DNA of 64,000 nt, taken from Iphione sp. A-MEVVRFRX5. Lineage: Eukaryota. The translations under genes and the position numbers were made by a program. The stretch is taken from the NCBI GenBank assembly GCA_976226885.1, contig OZ320315.1, positions 52,762,001 through 52,826,000 on the forward strand, written 5' to 3'. Under the pieces are notes generated by a model. It ran no database searches, was not told the origin of the DNA, and saw nothing but the letters and a program-made list of their open reading frames with translations. Shown piece by piece: positions 62,621 to 64,000 of the stretch. Every line of letters begins with the position of its first letter. Positions within the stretch are counted from its first letter, which is position 1.

Positions 62621-62936
62621 CTGTTGGTATAAATTCATTTATTCCAGAGTTCTCACACTATGGTGCTCAGTTGGTTTAATTGATATTCTTTATATAATTT
62701 CGTATACATGGCCATCAATGACAATCGTTATTTTTTAAGTCTTTATTTACTCTGGAATAGTGTGTACAATTTTTAAGTATTTCCAGTAACTGCTTCTATT
62801 TACAATTAGATCACATTAAAACGATACGTTATGTAGTACCCTTAATTGGCGGGTTTAGACTGGTGTAGGTGTTAGCGCGATCCCCTAGATGTCCAAGCTC
62901 AAAGGGTTGTTTGAAGTGGTGTGTGAATTACAAACA

Positions 62937-63256
62937 GGACACGTCTAACATGCGGACGATTTGGAGCAGAACGCAGGGTGTCCTAAATCGGGACGTTCCA
63001 CTGTACAACCAATTTTGATTGGAACCAGAGGCACATTATGGCCATATCTACCTGGGAAGTGAAGCCCCAAATTCGCGTGGACATCTGAAAAATTTGCGGC
63101 TTCCACAGGGGGGAGTTGTCTAAAATTCGCCGTCAGCATTCGAGACATTAGCTTATAATGCTTAAGTATAGGAAATCAGTCGGTTCTGTGCCAAATCGTC
63201 CGCATTGTAGAAGCATCCGCATCCCAGACGTGTCCACGAGGGGACGTCCTCCTGTA
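62937..63256. mobile_element. Degenerate MITE-like inverted-repeat structure
   Basis: 62950-62972 and 63183-63205 are inverted with 21/23 matches. 62937-62946 and 63226-63235 are a perfect 10-bp inverted pair. Tc1-like ends (CCACTGTA, CTCCTGTA). Confidence 0.45.
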
Positions 63257-64000
63257 ATAGTGAGTTTGATCGCAATTAGGTAACTGTTAATATAAGAAAC
63301 CAAGACTTCTGTTCCCACTTCAGGTGGTCTGAAATAGAGAATGGTTACAAAAAGGAGTGGTCATAAATAGGGTTTCCACTGTACTCGGGTCTGATGAGAC
63401 ATTGGCTTTCTGAACACTCTGAACTTAATCATCAAACTGAAAAGTTCAATTGGCTGTAGATAGTTTACATAGATGCACAAGCAGCAGGTAGGTGAAGTCC
63501 ATAATGCATGGTTATTAAGTCAATAATTTACTATTATGCAGAAGCACATTGTTCTATAGGAGGTTAATGACACCATTACAGGGGCTCATTATGATCATGC
63601 TCAAGGAGTTCACTGTGGTAATGAAAGCCAACGCACCATAAGGAAATATGAGCAGCTATTCAAGATTACCTAAAGGTCAAGCATCACAGAGGTCTGGTAA
63701 ATAACAAAGGTGCATCGGGCCGCTCGCAGGAAGCTAACAAGAAAAGCAAGTTCAATTATTTTAGGGAGCAATTGAGGATTTAACGAGAGGGTCCGGAAAA
63801 AAATTAGCACATCATCAAAGGACTTCCTTGACCCATCAAGGACGGTCTGTGTCTCATTTGACTCGATAACGGATGTGCTAATTTGCAGTCAAACATATTC
63901 TCGACTCTGCAAAACAATTTCTACTGGCGCGGAACTCGAGTCAGTGGACTGGTAGACCAAATTGCACCACTATCGATTTGAACTGTATTAAACCTGAACA

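Noticed and set aside
63391-63430. CTGATGAG as a second hammerhead core
   Set aside because: No stem II or GAAA follows. The other CTGATGA hits I checked also lack the rest of the fold.

Overview
Animal (invertebrate-type) nuclear DNA, roughly half transposon-derived, with one 159-N gap (13460-13618). I see no prokaryotic features and no CRISPR. Two host genes appear to be arranged head-to-head. SSSCA1/ZNRD2 is on the minus strand: exons 2-4 at 11542-13282 and a candidate 16-nt first coding exon at 33958-33973, behind a ~20.7-kb TE-filled intron. NUP107 is on the plus strand: 27 reconstructed exons at 34264-51534, 977 aa, with a U12-type minor intron 3. Mobile DNA includes a decayed Gypsy element split by a pogo/Tigger transposon (621-3276, TA TSD), a near-intact DIRS1-like tyrosine-recombinase retrotransposon (16257-21753; full ITR/ICR ends, gag, RT-RNaseH-methyltransferase, YR) and three decayed DIRS relatives. 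There are also RTE, I-like and L2/CR1-like LINE fragments, MITEs and a Penelope-like end with a degenerate hammerhead core. The two observations I could not fit to a known category are isolated 39-bp DIRS left-terminus motifs in NUP107 introns (one folded into a 61-bp hairpin), and a 2.2-kb non-coding element with bipartite 13+22+21 inverted ends, an AT target duplication and a higher-order minisatellite. All calls were made by eye; no database searches were run.
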